Assembly (NCBI GenBank): GCA_030704615.1
Contig: CM060734.1
Span: 2,976,001-3,040,000 of the forward strand
From: Takakia lepidozioides
Lineage: Eukaryota; Plantae; Bryophyta
Direction: 5' to 3'
Length of the DNA stretch: 64,000 nt
A program made the position numbers and the translations under genes. Within the stretch, counting starts at the first letter, position 1, and the number at the start of each line of letters is the position of its first letter. The notes under the pieces are model-generated. The model was not told the DNA's origin. It saw nothing but the letters and a program-made list of their open reading frames with translations, and did not search any database. Positions 36,475 to 48,974 of the stretch are shown in pieces.

Positions 36475-38049
36475 CCGGAATTTCCAACGTAGAGGTAATT
36501 CGGAGCGCTGCAGGATGGAAATCCGACGCCGGATTTCCATCCTGCAGGTAATTCGGAGCGCAGCAGGATGGAAATTCAGCGCCGAATTTCCATCCTGCAA
36601 GGTAGGGCGGCGCGCGAAATTTCCCTCACGCAGGTAATTTCAAAGCGGATGGATGGAAATCCGGCGCCGGATTTCCATCCGCGCAGGTAGGGCGGCGGGC
36701 GAAATTTCCCTCACGCAGGTAATTCGGAGGCGGATTTCCATCCGCAAGGTTGGTCGGAGAGCGGATGGATGGAGATCCGGCGCCGAATTTCCATCCAACA
36801 GGTAAGTAGGATCGCTGGCGTATGGATATTTGGCGCCGAATTTCCATTCGCCAGGTATTTCGAAGCGCTGAATTACCTTCCTGCAGGTAATTCTGAGCGT
36901 GTCCGATTGATTTTTCGGAGAAAAACAAACCTAACTGTTTGTTTTGTGGCTGAAGTGCACTTGTAGACACGTTTTTCTTGGAATCCTTGACTGCTAGAGG
37001 CAAATCGGAACAGCCTCGGACGGAAATTCGGCGCCGTTTTTCCATTCTGGGAGGTTTTTACAACTTCCTTTGAGGGGGCCCCGATGGAAATTCGGCGCCG
37101 AATTTCCATCCGGGGGATGGTCTCTGTCGGAGAGGTGTCGGCCTCTCCGCCGCTCTGTTGGATATTCGGTGCCGAATTTCCGTCCGGGGGTTGAAATATG
37201 ACGGCCAGGTGCCGGCCTCTCCCCCCTCCCTGACTGCATTGGAACGGCCCCGGATGGAAATTCGGCGCCGTTTTTCCATCTGGGGAGGTTTTTATGTCGG
37301 CCAGTTTTCGGCTTGACCCCCCGACACGACTTCCTTTGGGGGGGCCCGGATGGAAATTCGGCGCCGAATCTCCATATAGGGGATGCTCTCTGTCGAACAC
37401 GTGCCGGCCTCTACGCCCGAGGCGACTTCATCCGGGCGTCCCCTGTTGGATATTCAGTGCCGAATTTCCGTCCGGGGGTTGAAATGTGACGGCCAGGTGC
37501 CGGCCTCTCCCCCCTCCCCGACTGCATCCGAACCGTCCCGGATGGAAATTCGGCGCCGTTTTTCCATCTGGGGATGTTTTTATGCCGGCCAGTTTTCGGC
37601 CTGACCCCCCGACACGACTTCCTTTGGGGGGCCCGGATGGAAATTCGGCGCCGAATGTCCATCCAGGGGATGTTCTCTGTCGCACACGCGCCAGCCTCTG
37701 CGCCCGAGGCGACTTCATCCGGGCTTCCCCTGTTGTATATTCGGTGCCGAATTTCCGTCCGGGGGTTGTAATGTGAGGGCCAGATGGCGGCCTTTCCCCC
37801 GAGCCGACTGCATCCGAAAGGCCTCGGATGGAAATTCGGCGCCGCTTTTCCATCCGCGGAGGTTTTTAGGTCGGCCAGTTTTCGGCCTGACCCCCCGACA
37901 TGACTTCCTTTGGGTGGATCCGAATGGAAATTCGGCGCTGAATTTCCATCCGGAGGATATTTTCTGTCGGACACGTGCCAGCATCTCTGCCCCATACGAC
38001 TTCATCCGTGCGGCCCCTGTTGGGTATTGGGTGCCGAATTTCCATTCGG
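36475..38049. repeat. Intergenic palindrome arrays (unit 3)
   Basis: Copy of 20520-22095. Confidence 0.93.
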
Positions 38050-38349
38050 GGGTAGTAATGTGACGGCACGGTGCCGGCTTCTCCCCTTCAGCCGACATCA
38101 TCCGGACGGCCCCCCACTTTCTGACTGCATACCGTTGGCAGTTATTGCGCAAAGACCAAGGGCCGCATTCCGGAGACAAGGTTCATTAACACTCTGACTC
38201 TGGATTTTTGAGATAGTTGGCTCCCTGGATTTGGACCAGGCTTCGTCGCTCGGACAAATCGGCACCGCATTCCTTCCCATCGCTGCATCCCCCTTCTACC
38301 AGGGAGCTTCCCCGCACGCCATCCTGGCAGTCTTGTGTGCACATCTCCC

Positions 38350-41300
38350 ATGGCGGAAAACCCGAGCGCTACAGTGTACTGCCCTCCTCATGAGCATAGA
38401 GCTTCATTTCCGTGAAGAGGGGACATCTGCCGGGTGATGGAGAAATATTTGTGCGATCGATACCACCTGAAACCGGTGTCGGTTTTTTTGGAGGAAATAA
38501 ATGACTCAAATGGCCTTGTTGTCGAGAGTATTGTTGTGCTCCACGATGATTTCGGCGATGGCAGGGAATGGCGAGTTCCACCATCGGACAACGTCATATA
38601 CAGGGCTGTTGGGGACTTCATTTGCCCGCCAAATGCACCTTCTATCCTGGCGCCTTCCACGAAACAATCCGCGAATCAGAGAGTGGCTACCTCAAAGAGA
38701 GAAGTCCGCAACGAAGTAAATCCAGAGCCGAACCCATCCATGAAGACGAGCGAGAACCGGGTTGTTCACAACCTGTCCGACTCAGACGAGGTCATGGAAG
38801 TTCCGAGGTCGTCCTGGAGATCAGGCAAGTCCTCAATGGACGTCAGTGGAGGAGGGAGTCATATTCCCAGCACGAGCACCGCAGTTCGATCTATTCTTGA
38901 AATTCTGCGAGGGCTTCACCTGGAGGGACACCGGTCAGAGCTGGCCGGGCTGGACTACAGCAAGTTCGCAATTAAATTGGTTACATGCCTTCCCGCCAAC
39001 GTCGACGGTAATATCTTCTTTGAGTTCCCTCCTCGGGCGGACTACTCGAGGGCGTCCGGAATGTTGACAGATATGGATAGAAAACATGACGGTCATCCTT
39101 GGTGCGTTACCAAAACCACCAGCATGAAGATGCTCAATGGTGTGCGGGTGCGCTACGTTGTTTGTGCGGGCGCGTTGCGGTGTTTCTCCCCAACTTGCTT
39201 CCACTTTAAATCTAGAGGTCACAGGAACGAGACCGATTGGACAGGCACAGCTCATCAACCATTTTGAGCTCAGGAGAAGGTTCCGAACTCCACATAAGTG
39301 TGCGCATTGCAAAGAACCACCACACTGCATGTCTGTTTGTAATGCCAAGCACTTCTATGTGTTGCACCGTTTCCCTGTCCTCACCCGAGCTTGCATACAC
39401 GTTGGTTCCCATTGTCACAAATTGGCGAGGGGGAACTCGCGGGAGGCTACCCACGAAGCAGAGCAGCTCATTCAGGAGGAGGTTAAGTTGAGACCGGGTG
39501 CCAAACCCAAACAGATACAGCTCCAAGCCGCCCATAAGATGGCATTGGCCAGAATTATGTCGGAAGACGGCTCCGATAGAGTTCCTCTCGATGAGAAGGA
39601 AATGGAGGCATTGCTGGAGTCGGTGTCCCACGTATGTTCACCGAATGTCCGAAACCACATTGTCTCATGCAAACAGAAAATTGGGCGTGGCTCGGATATG
39701 CACTCCATTCTGGAGGTGAAGCGACGATGTGGATATGACTACATTCATGGAAGTAGGTTTCCAGGACAAGGGACTGAGGCAGATCGTTGTTTTGTATTCA
39801 AAATGTCCACGTGTGGACCTGGCAGCGGCGTCGAACTGGTCGACAGGATAACGAGTGGGGACTTGTCAAACAGTTGGGTCATGTTCGACCATATCAAGCG
39901 AATTACAAATCACCAGTGGGTGACAATGGGTGCACATGTCTACGACACCCACTGCAGGATGCTAATGACAATTGCTATTTGTGAGATGAAATGAGAGGAC
40001 ACACAATCGGAGATGCTTCTTTGGCAGGGAATAAACAAACAGATGGCCAAGGCGGGATTGCCCCCTCCCAATTTCCGTGGTTTCATGGCGGACGACGTAC
40101 AAGCAAATTGGGCTGCCATCTGAAGGGTGTATGGGCAAGACCCCAATGTTCCCATGGAAGGCAAGGAGAGATCTTGTGGGTTCCATTTTCTGCAGAGCCT
40201 TTCGCAGTACACAACCAGGCTCGTGGCGCCAGATTTCAGAGAGGAGCACCGTTCCATGTGCCTTGCGTGGAAGCGCGCTCCCACCTTGGATGATGCAGAG
40301 ACACAGTTTGCATGTATACGGGCTTGGTGGACATCGTCAGGTGCTGTAAGGAAATTAGACGAGGGAGCAATGGTCAGTTGGCTAGCATTGTGGCATTATC
40401 GTTTCCTCCAGTTCGGCGACTATATGCGGGAGGTGAATTGCACGAATTCGCGTCCCGTTGAATATTATTCTTGGCCATATTTGTAACTTGCTTGTAACCT
40501 CAACATGTGCTTGTGCAGGAAATGTGTCTCGACTCCGACACCGACATGCCCACGACAAACATGGCCGAATCAGTGCACTCTTCCTGGCGTGCCTCCTCTG
40601 TGGCGCATCTGGAAGACATCCTCACTGCCACAACGGAGGACATTGTGAGGTCAATTATGCAGCAATGCAGGTACAACGAGTTCTTGAAAGGGAAACAGTG
40701 GGGCTTGGGGCCGGACAGGCAGGAAATGCTGATGCGGACTGCCTCTAGATCGAAGAATCCTCGGAAGTGGGCGGCGGCCTTGCGAGAGGGCCTTCGGGAC
40801 ACGCCATTACTGCGAAGAGGCCAACATTTGGAAGGAGATGTTCATACCCGTCCAGTGAGACGAAGACTTGACGAGGCACCTAGCGGAGAAGAGGATTCAT
40901 GGCGAGCTGACAAGAATATTCGCACGCTCCCTCGTGGTCCGGTGATGTTGCCCGAGGAGGTCTCGTCGAGCACCGCAAGTCCTGCACGTTCAAGATCGCC
41001 ATCTCCTTTGAGCACAAGGCGCGTGCCCCGGCAACATAACGAACCATCTGTAAGTAAGCAGTACAACATTCCCATTGTGGAGACAAGAGTGTCGGAGTCA
41101 CAGTGGAGAATTGCGAGGACATTGCCGGCATTTCGAGGGAAATGCTGCGCCATCCGGGTGGATACGAGAGCACGCTGTGGTGAGATGATTCGGAGGAACC
41201 CACATGGTGCTGTACCTGTACCTTGTTTCAGCGGCAGATTTTTTACTCCCACATTTGCTCACGCCACAACGCAGACATTTTGGTTCTGTAGGCACGACAT

Positions 41301-41937
41301 AATGACCTGTGTATTTGGCAAGCCCAAGTACGGGATTCATGGAATGCCGGAGCCTCCGGGCGTCTGGCCTGTTGCACCGGGTTGCAGCCTCTCTCAGAAT
41401 GAGGCGGATGCTCTATCTGCAGCAGGATTTCGAATGGTGCAACGCACAGACATCCCGGCCCACGCATTTCCGGTTCCTCAGACCCAGCCATTGCAGACTG
41501 CTCGGTCCAGTAGAGACGGATTGGACAATTTTGCACATCCCACAATGCGATTCGGAATCGTGAAGAGACGACACCCTCCCAACAAGTTGAATGAGACTCG
41601 GATTGCCAATGCTCTTGGGATGGCTTGCACTATTCAGAGCTCCGTGGACGTACCCCCACCCGGCCTTGGGCGTGTGTATCGGATGGCAACGGCCGGCTCG
41701 GCTGTACGCGACGATGTATACACAATTACGATTGGAGTGGAGCCGACTTGCAATTGTACGGACTTCTCGTTGATGGAAGCAAAGAAGCGTTCGAAGTATT
41801 ATCCGTGCAAGCATCTGTATTACATTTACCTGAAGAGGTTGAGGATGAATGTGACTATTGATGACTTTATTCATGCACCGGCGTTGAGCGTGAACAAGCT
41901 GCACAAACTCCTCCTTAGGGATTCCAGAAATCATTGA
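38350..41937 (+). pseudogene. MULE-type transposase (unit 3; extra 2-bp deletion near 39294)
   Basis: Same stops as units 1 and 2; CACATAAG here versus CACATTTAAG in units 1-2. Confidence 0.85.
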
Positions 41938-42091
41938 TGGGGCAAAGGGAATCCTCCATATGGATATTTTCAATTGCATTTTGTTGTATCAGACTTTTTT
42001 TTGCAGTGTAATGAAATGCACCCCAAAACTCCTGGAATGAGGCAATATTCCATTCAAACTGAGATCCAACAAAAGCAGTTGTGGGGCCATT

Positions 42092-42530
42092 TCTGGAAAA
42101 ATGGCGCCGAATTTCTCTTTTTGGGGCCGAAAACTGGCTAAGTCCCAACATGCACTGGTACCTGTGTCTGGGAAAATGGCACCGAATTTCTCTTTTTTGG
42201 GCCGAAAACTGGCTAAGTCCCAACATGCACTGGTACCGTGTCTGGAAAAATGGCGCCGAATTTCTCTTTTTTGGGCCGAAAACTGGCTAAGTCCCAACAT
42301 GCACTGGTATAGTGTCTGGAAAAATGGTGCCGAATTTCCCTATTTTGCGCCGAAAACTGGCTAAGTCCCAACATGCACTGGAAAAATGGCGCCGAATTAC
42401 CTGTCATGAGGAAACCTATAGCCGCGGAATTCGGCACCATTTTTCGCCAGAGAGACCTATTGCCGCGAAATACGTCGCCGTTTTTTCAGGTTACGGACCC
42501 TATTACCGCGAAATTCGGCGCCATATTTGC
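42092..42530. repeat. Array downstream of the transposase: 74-75-bp units, then ~41-45-bp spacing, same GGCGCC palindrome
   Basis: ATGG(C/T)(G/A)CCGAATT at 42101, 42176, 42250, 42324 and 42386. Shares GGCTAAGTCCC with the intronic array. Confidence 0.9.
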
Positions 42531-42693
42531 ACATGTCGCTGGGAATTGGCATGAGCGGAAGACGAAATATCATGAGCACAACTGTCAAAACTACAATTTT
42601 CCCTTCAAGGGGCCGAATAATATATTTGTTTTTCCTGACACATTGCATTAAATTATTGTTTTTTATTGTTTTTTATTTTCGAAATTTGTACTT

Positions 42694-42761
42694 CTGCTCA
42701 TGAAAACCGATTGTCTTACTACTCCGCTCATGCCGCTCATGCTCATGAAATAGCTAACCTC
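42694..42761 (+). repeat. Transposase-side terminus of MULE copy 2 (GCTCATG repeats plus short TIR)
   Basis: CCGCTCATGCCGCTCATGCTCATGAAATAGCTAACCTC, counterpart of 7484-7522. Confidence 0.75.
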
Positions 42762-43022
42762 GTGCCCTGTAAAGGGCTGTTTTGTCTTTCAATGACAATG
42801 ACCTTAGCGGTCTTGTTCATGTCTTGACATGACATGTATATCTTCCCTCTCCCTCTCTCTTTTTAAGTTTTCTGCCCCCTCTCCCCCTCTCTTGTTTGTT
42901 TTGTTTTTTAAGCAGCACAAATGATAGGGAGAAAGAGGGAAGATATACATGTCATGTCAGGACATGGACAAGACCACTAAGGTCATTGTCATTGAAAGAC
43001 AATGCAACCCTTTACAGGGCAC
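42762..43022. mobile_element. MITE-like foldback with ~90-bp imperfect inverted arms
   Basis: GTGCCCTGTAAAGGG...TATCTTCCCTCT versus AGAGGGAAGATATAC...CCCTTTACAGGGCAC. Confidence 0.7.
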
Positions 43023-45800
43023 CATCTAACAACCCCTTTTTTTTAACCATCTCATTTGAATACCTCGTTACATTTCAGGGTATCTGAAAAAACAGGGTGG
43101 GAGGGCGGGATTCCTGGTCATTCATATCATGAAAGCACCATGGGTTGACATCAAACATTCATCACCATACTTGTAGATTGTAATCTCATTTCAAAAACCC
43201 AGATTGCAGGTCTGGAGATAAATCTCCAGAGCCAAGCATATAGTACTTAAAATTGAAATTAAAACATGAAGACATACATGTCTTAAGCATATTCCAGCCA
43301 ACCCATACTGGTACATCTGGATCTGGTATTTCTATTGCAGGCCAGCGGAGATGCAAAGCAAGCACAATATAGGGAGTATATTAAGAGACCATATAGAGCT
43401 TACCAATTTTTTGTCCCAAGATATCACTTGGGGTACTTTAGAAAACAGTTTGTAGTCTAAAAAGAGCCCAACAATGTGATGCTTGGTAGTCTATAAAATG
43501 TCACGTTCACAGTTTCAGGATTCTATCGAACCCCTCGCGGATAGTTGATGTCGTAGAAATGATACAGCTTCTCAGAGTTAGCGCATTTTGTTTCAACTCT
43601 CTACATAACTCCTGCCATCAACCTCAAGAATAGAGGATGGGGAGCTCCATGAGCCCATAGAGAAAATAAATGGGAGAATAGAAGAGGATGACAGAAAGTA
43701 TGGATCAACAGTAAGAGAATGAGAGTGTGAAATAGCAGAGCAACATAGGATGCAAAGTGAGAGTGAGATGAGAGGGATTGTCACAGGGATATATATACAC
43801 ACACTAACCAAACTTCCAGCCATAGCAAACATGCTAGGTTCGGTGGGCAGCCAAACCAAAAACTAATCAGTTCATTACTCCGCATTTATGGCAAACCTAA
43901 CTACAATCATCTACATTAATGGCCCAGGATATCGCCATAGCAGGAATTACTCGACATTATTATGATTTGTATTGACGAAGGTGCATTACTTTTGATCGAA
44001 TACTAAGTACTTGCGATAAATAATACTCTGTTAGCGTTTTGAACCACCCCGGGGAACCTATGTTTGACGGAGGTGCAAGGCACATCATCAATAAAATATG
44101 GTGCACCTACGTTCGCCAAAGGTGGGGTCTTGATAAGTGAGATAAGGAAGTCTTCATCCACCCTATTTCAATATTGCTGTCAAATCCGGCTGTATCACAT
44201 TTTGCTGCCACTACAACATGAAGCACCTTCGTTCGCCAAAGGTGGGTTCCAAATTAGAGAATTATTACCAGTGTAAGCAAGGAATCATTTTTCAATCTTC
44301 CATACAGCGCTCCGGTGGGTTTTCTTAGGACCTACGTTGGCCAAAGGTGCGATTGCTATTCACCGTATAATGTGGTGGATGAGTTTTGTCAAGCTGTTAA
44401 TGAATCGGCCATTCTTGTTCCTGAAAATTCCCAGCTCGAACTAGTGCCTTGTGCTTTTGTTGTTGTTAACGCATAGTTTGAGCATTTTAATTAGATGATG
44501 GTTTTAATTAGAGAATGGTTCTTTATTATTATTATGTAAGGGGGCCTTGCTTCCACAGTGGGCCAGATTTACAAAACATATTAAAACGTAAGTACCCTTA
44601 GCCTCCGGCTGCAATTCAACGTCGAATATGGTGGCAAATATGAATATGTAGTGAATTGGCCATTGATATTCCTGAAAAAATTCATCACAATATCTTGAAA
44701 GTCCATTCAATATCATCCCCAGCTACAAATTTTGTAAGTAGTTAGTTAGTAAGTAGGACGAGAGCCCCGCTCTCCTTCATATAGCATGTGAGGGCGGTGG
44801 GACCCTTCCAGAAGACACATGTCAGACTAATCAGGCCTACACCCACCACTTGTCCCTAACTAGGCTTACTCACACCACTATTTAATAGGTATCCCTTCTT
44901 GTTTCTTTTTTAGGACCAGTGGCCTTATCAGATTAGCCCCCCTTTTTAATTCCTAGACCAAGCTAGTTCTTGGACCACTCTAGAATCAACGATTACTGCA
45001 CACAAAAATCGGAGACGGGATGGTAGAGCTACAACGGTCGTTTTTGTTCTTTCTTCCCATGTTTTCCCAATCTTCTCTTACCACAGTTCGCGACCAGGGG
45101 AGTCTCACTGCTCCACGACTACACGGTGATTCAGGAGCTTCTTTTACATATATTTTTCAAGCAACAATGGATATCAACATTCATTCTGAAAATAGTGTTT
45201 TTAGTTCATCAACTTCATCTTTGCCTTTTCTTCTTCTCTTTCATCTCCTCTAGCCAGCCAGAATCCCTAGCAATAAGCATTGAAGCCGCCAAATCTCTAT
45301 CCTCCCTCCCCCCCGCCCTATTTTTTAGCTCCTCCATCAATCACGTCTTTCGCTTCGTCCATAATCTTTGAGTTTAAGCATTGTTCTCAGGGTTGGTTTA
45401 GGGTGTAGTTCTCGCTTTCTGTCATCCCCTTCTACCTACACATAAGAGTCGCTTTCAAAAATCAGCTTTATTTGCATTATGTTGAGTAAGTGTGATTAGA
45501 ATAGGAGTCTTCACCTCCTTAGTCAAATCCCTCCCTCTAAAATAATACAAAGTTGTTTTGTAGTAGTAGCTCCGAAATCCCCCGAGCTCCGAAATCCTTT
45601 AAACCATGCTAGTCTTGCTTGCAAATCAATTGTGAAAGTGCAGTGTATATTGCCAACAATGAATCCACATTGCTTTGTTGATTGAGGAGGGTTACTTGTC
45701 ATTTTTCCAAGTATCCAAGGTTGAGAGAGAGGCTCACACCCAAATCTAAAGAAGGCAGAGAGGTGAACTCGTGCTTTATAAATAAACGATTCAAAACACA

Positions 45801-46170
45801 TACTGGGAATTAAGATGTCGTTGACGACACCTTAATCCCCAACACCTGCACAAACACCACCTTACCGCCAAGGCTGTTCGCCATCAGATTTTTTTGGGTT
45901 AAAATATTTTGGGTGAATTTTTTTGGGGGTTTTGGTTTTTTCATGAATTGTCATGTGCCAACTCGTACTGGGAATTAAGATGTCGTTGACGACACCTTAA
46001 TCCCCAGCACCTGCACACACACCGCCTTACCGCCAAGGCTGTTCGCCATCAGATTTTTTTGGGTTGAAATTTTTTGGCTGAATTTTTTTGGGGGTTTTGG
46101 TTTTTCCATGATTTGTCATGTGCCCACTCGTACTGGGAATTAAGATGTCATTGACGACACCTTAACCCTT
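45801..46170. repeat. 165-bp tandem repeat x ~2.2 with a hairpin
   Basis: TACTGGGAATTAAGATGTC(G/A)TTGACGACACCTTAA at 45801, 45966 and 46131. Confidence 0.9.
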
Positions 46171-46549
46171 AAGTTCCCAAGCGACCTGAATCGGGACACT
46201 TTGAATTTGCAGTTGGACCTAATTTTTGCAGATCTAATCTGATGGGGCCCACTCCTGAAGCCCTAGTTGCAAATTTGGACGTGACGTGGCGTTGATGCAT
46301 CAGCGCCACATCCGACATCAGCGACGGACGTGCGTCATGTCACATCCTAAACCGACGTTACTGTACATAAATATGTTTATTTTTTTACTTTACTATTGAC
46401 TATTTACTATGAGAACCGATGTGGCAACCGATGTGGCCTCATTACGTGGACTTCTTTAATTATCTGTAAAATTCATATATTATGATTTATATTGTCAATC
46501 ATGCGACCGTCAGCAAAGGTCGGTCGGACAAATTTTTATTTTTTTAAAA

Positions 46550-46972
46550 TAGGTGCGACCACCAAAAGGGGGTGGTCGCACATTTTTTCTTATTTTTTAA
46601 ATGGGTGCGACCACTAGCAGGTGGTGGTCGCAGCATTTTCAATTTTTTTAATAGGTGCGACCACAAGCAGAGGGTGGTCGCACATTTTTTCATTTTTTTA
46701 AATTGGGTGCGACCACCAGCAGGTGGTGGTCACAACTTTTTCATTTTTTTAAAATAGGTGCGACCACCAGCAGGTGGTGGTCGCAACTTTTTCATTTTTT
46801 TTAAATAGGTGCGATCACCAGCAGGTGGTGGTCGCAACTTTTTCATTTTTTTTAAATAGGTGCGACCACCAGCAGGGGATTGTCGCACATTTTTAATTAT
46901 TTTTTAAATGGGTGCGACCACCGGCCGGTGGTGGTCGCAGACTTTTTCTTTTTTGTTATTAGGTGCGACCGC
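46550..46972. repeat. Array of TGCGACCACC-N5-6-GGTGGTCGCA palindromes separated by T/A tracts, 50-52-bp period
   Basis: TGCGA(C/T)C at 46554, 46606, 46656, 46708, 46760, 46810, 46861, 46913 and 46964. TATATAAGGG follows at ~47040. Confidence 0.9.
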
Positions 46973-47334
46973 TCCCTGGACACGTGACGAGGCGTGAATG
47001 GGCAGCAGAGGCGGTCGCACGCTAGGCCTTTCCAGACAGTATATAAGGGCCTACCCCTCATTCCCAACCCACTTTTTTCCCTCTCTGTGAGTGCGGTTCT
47101 GGGGCTTCTTGGAGCTTGAACTTCGGTGGCCAGGACTGAGCGTGGGAGGGGAGAAAGTGGATTTGTGTGGGAGAGGAGTTTTTGCCTTTTTTTCCTGGGA
47201 CTGCGGGAGAGTTTGCTTTGGGTACCATACCAATAGAAGGTGAGGAAATTGGTCTGCTAGTATATAAGGTTATCAATAGTCTGGGTTTAGTTTTCCGTTA
47301 CGAAGTCGCGTCTATTCCGCAGAGTACTTTCATC

Positions 47335-48807
47335 ATGTCCGGAAACGTTGCTTCGAACGCAGTGTCAGGGGGTTCCTCGGGAAGTGGGCGTAAAGGTAAG
47401 AAGCGTAAACATGCACATGAACGGGATAGTCAGGTCAACAAAAAAGACTATCCAAGCGTAGAGGCCGCGAAGGTGGTGAAGCAAGTAGTGCTGGATTATT
47501 TGAAGGACAATGACATAATGCGTTTGAATCTTTTGTATGTCCGACATGGGAATAAGGGGTTCCTTAGATTCCAGCACAATATGGAGATGAGAATGAGGGA
47601 GGCTTTGGCCGGGGATGAATGGGAGGAGGACAGGACAAAGTTCCAGTTCACGAAATGGATGGAGGACCGGGCCCATGATGCCACATGGAATCTGAGACAA
47701 ACCATGGACAAGTTTGTTACGAGAACACCTGTAGCTGAAGGTCGCATGCCAACTTCGGAGGAGGAGTTGTTTGTGCTTGTGGATTGGTGGTCTGACATGG
47801 CAAAAGCCCACGCCAAACGACGTACAAAACCACTCCCATGGAAGGCAGGGTCCTCGTCCACGGATGCGGCATTGAACGTGAGATACATATCCACAAACGC
47901 ACAGGTACAACAACTCGACGCGCCCAAACATGGAGGGTATGGTACAATTCGGAGGGTTAGAATTGTTGGGGATCAATTCATTCCTCCATCTTGGGAACTA
48001 GCAGGGAAAACGCAAAGGGGAACAAATGTTGAGCTTGCCAAAGTCCAACATAACAATAAAGCGTTGGCTGTAAAGTTCCATCATTTCGGCATCATAAAGT
48101 ATTTTGCGTTGCATCCACGTCGAAATGAAGGTTATACACATTGGTGGAATGGAGGGACCATAAGATCATGGTTGAGTATTGACAGGAAATGGGGGAATGA
48201 TCGGGATAACAGGGAGTTAATGGAACGACGGGGGACGGAGCAGGAAATGCAGGAGGTCAACCGACTGGTTCGATTCCGACAGAATCGCACCCAATTGGCA
48301 TGGGCGCTTTTGCACAACGACATGTCCCCCGACAACATCTTATTGCATTTTTCACAAGGGTCTGAAGATATGTACATCGGGGTATGCGATTGGGGGATGG
48401 CCTCCACGACGGATGACCCAAAAACCACGTTGTACATTTTCGAGAGCAGAGACAAGATGATAAAGACTCTCGCACATAGATGGTGGATTGCACCTGAAAT
48501 TGCAATTGTTCATAATGTAGCCAACAACTAGTCAGATGGCACACCTTGTAGGCCCCCTCTAACCGTGCCATCACAGACCTTTGCAATTGGGAAGATAGCC
48601 CAGGCAATAAATGGGGGTAACACGTTCGATGCAAGCCTGTTCAACGATATGTCTACTGGAACCTGTTTTGCTTCCGCTCTGGAAAACTTGTGTGTAGACA
48701 CAATAGATTTGCGGTACAAACTAGAAAATGTTGTGAAGCGTTTCATGACGGGGCTATTCAATTGGCCCGAGCCCAAAAATTGTTGGAGGATGGATAGAAA
48801 TTTGTAG
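47335..48807 (+). pseudogene. Intronless Ser/Thr protein kinase-like ORF (left copy; 36-bp deletion, TAG at 48529)
   Basis: GGYGTIRRV (Gly loop), LAGK (VAIK-like), HNDMSPDNILL, VCDWG, WWIAPE. Start codon uncertain. Confidence 0.82.
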
Positions 48808-48974
48808 ACCTCTAACTGTACATCATGTTTGAATAAATGTTGTTTTCAATTGTGTTTGTCTCGTACCATAATGTTTTAATGGTTTGTTACTTGGCCATGA
48901 CACCTGGGTCCATCATATGGGATAATCAAGCACCACACCCACGAATCTTGAAGAGTGACAGTGTACACCGGGTC

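Larger units (their letters stand above)
18128..42064 (+). repeat. Near-identical tandem triplication: 18128-26108, 26109-34079, 34080-42060
   Basis: Identical ORF sets at ~7.97-7.98-kb offsets. Junctions TTCAAACT-GAGA-CCTCGTGG join the transposase 3' flank to the LTR interior through a GAGA microhomology. Confidence 0.97.
11214..42761. mobile_element. Mutator-like transposon copy 2 (inverted relative to copy 1; MTase end deleted; contains Gypsy B and an internal triplication)
   Basis: ParB gene 5' half on minus, palindrome arrays, transposase on plus, 3' array, and terminus GCTCATGAAATAGCTAACCTC at 42741-42761. Confidence 0.8.

Noticed and set aside
43023-45800. Host protein-coding gene in the AT-rich interval
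   Set aside because: Only short ORFs without recognisable motifs or a consistent exon chain. The same holds for 60800-63300.
46161-46200. piggyBac terminus (TTAA-CCCTT)
   Set aside because: No matching opposite end or transposase was found in the window.
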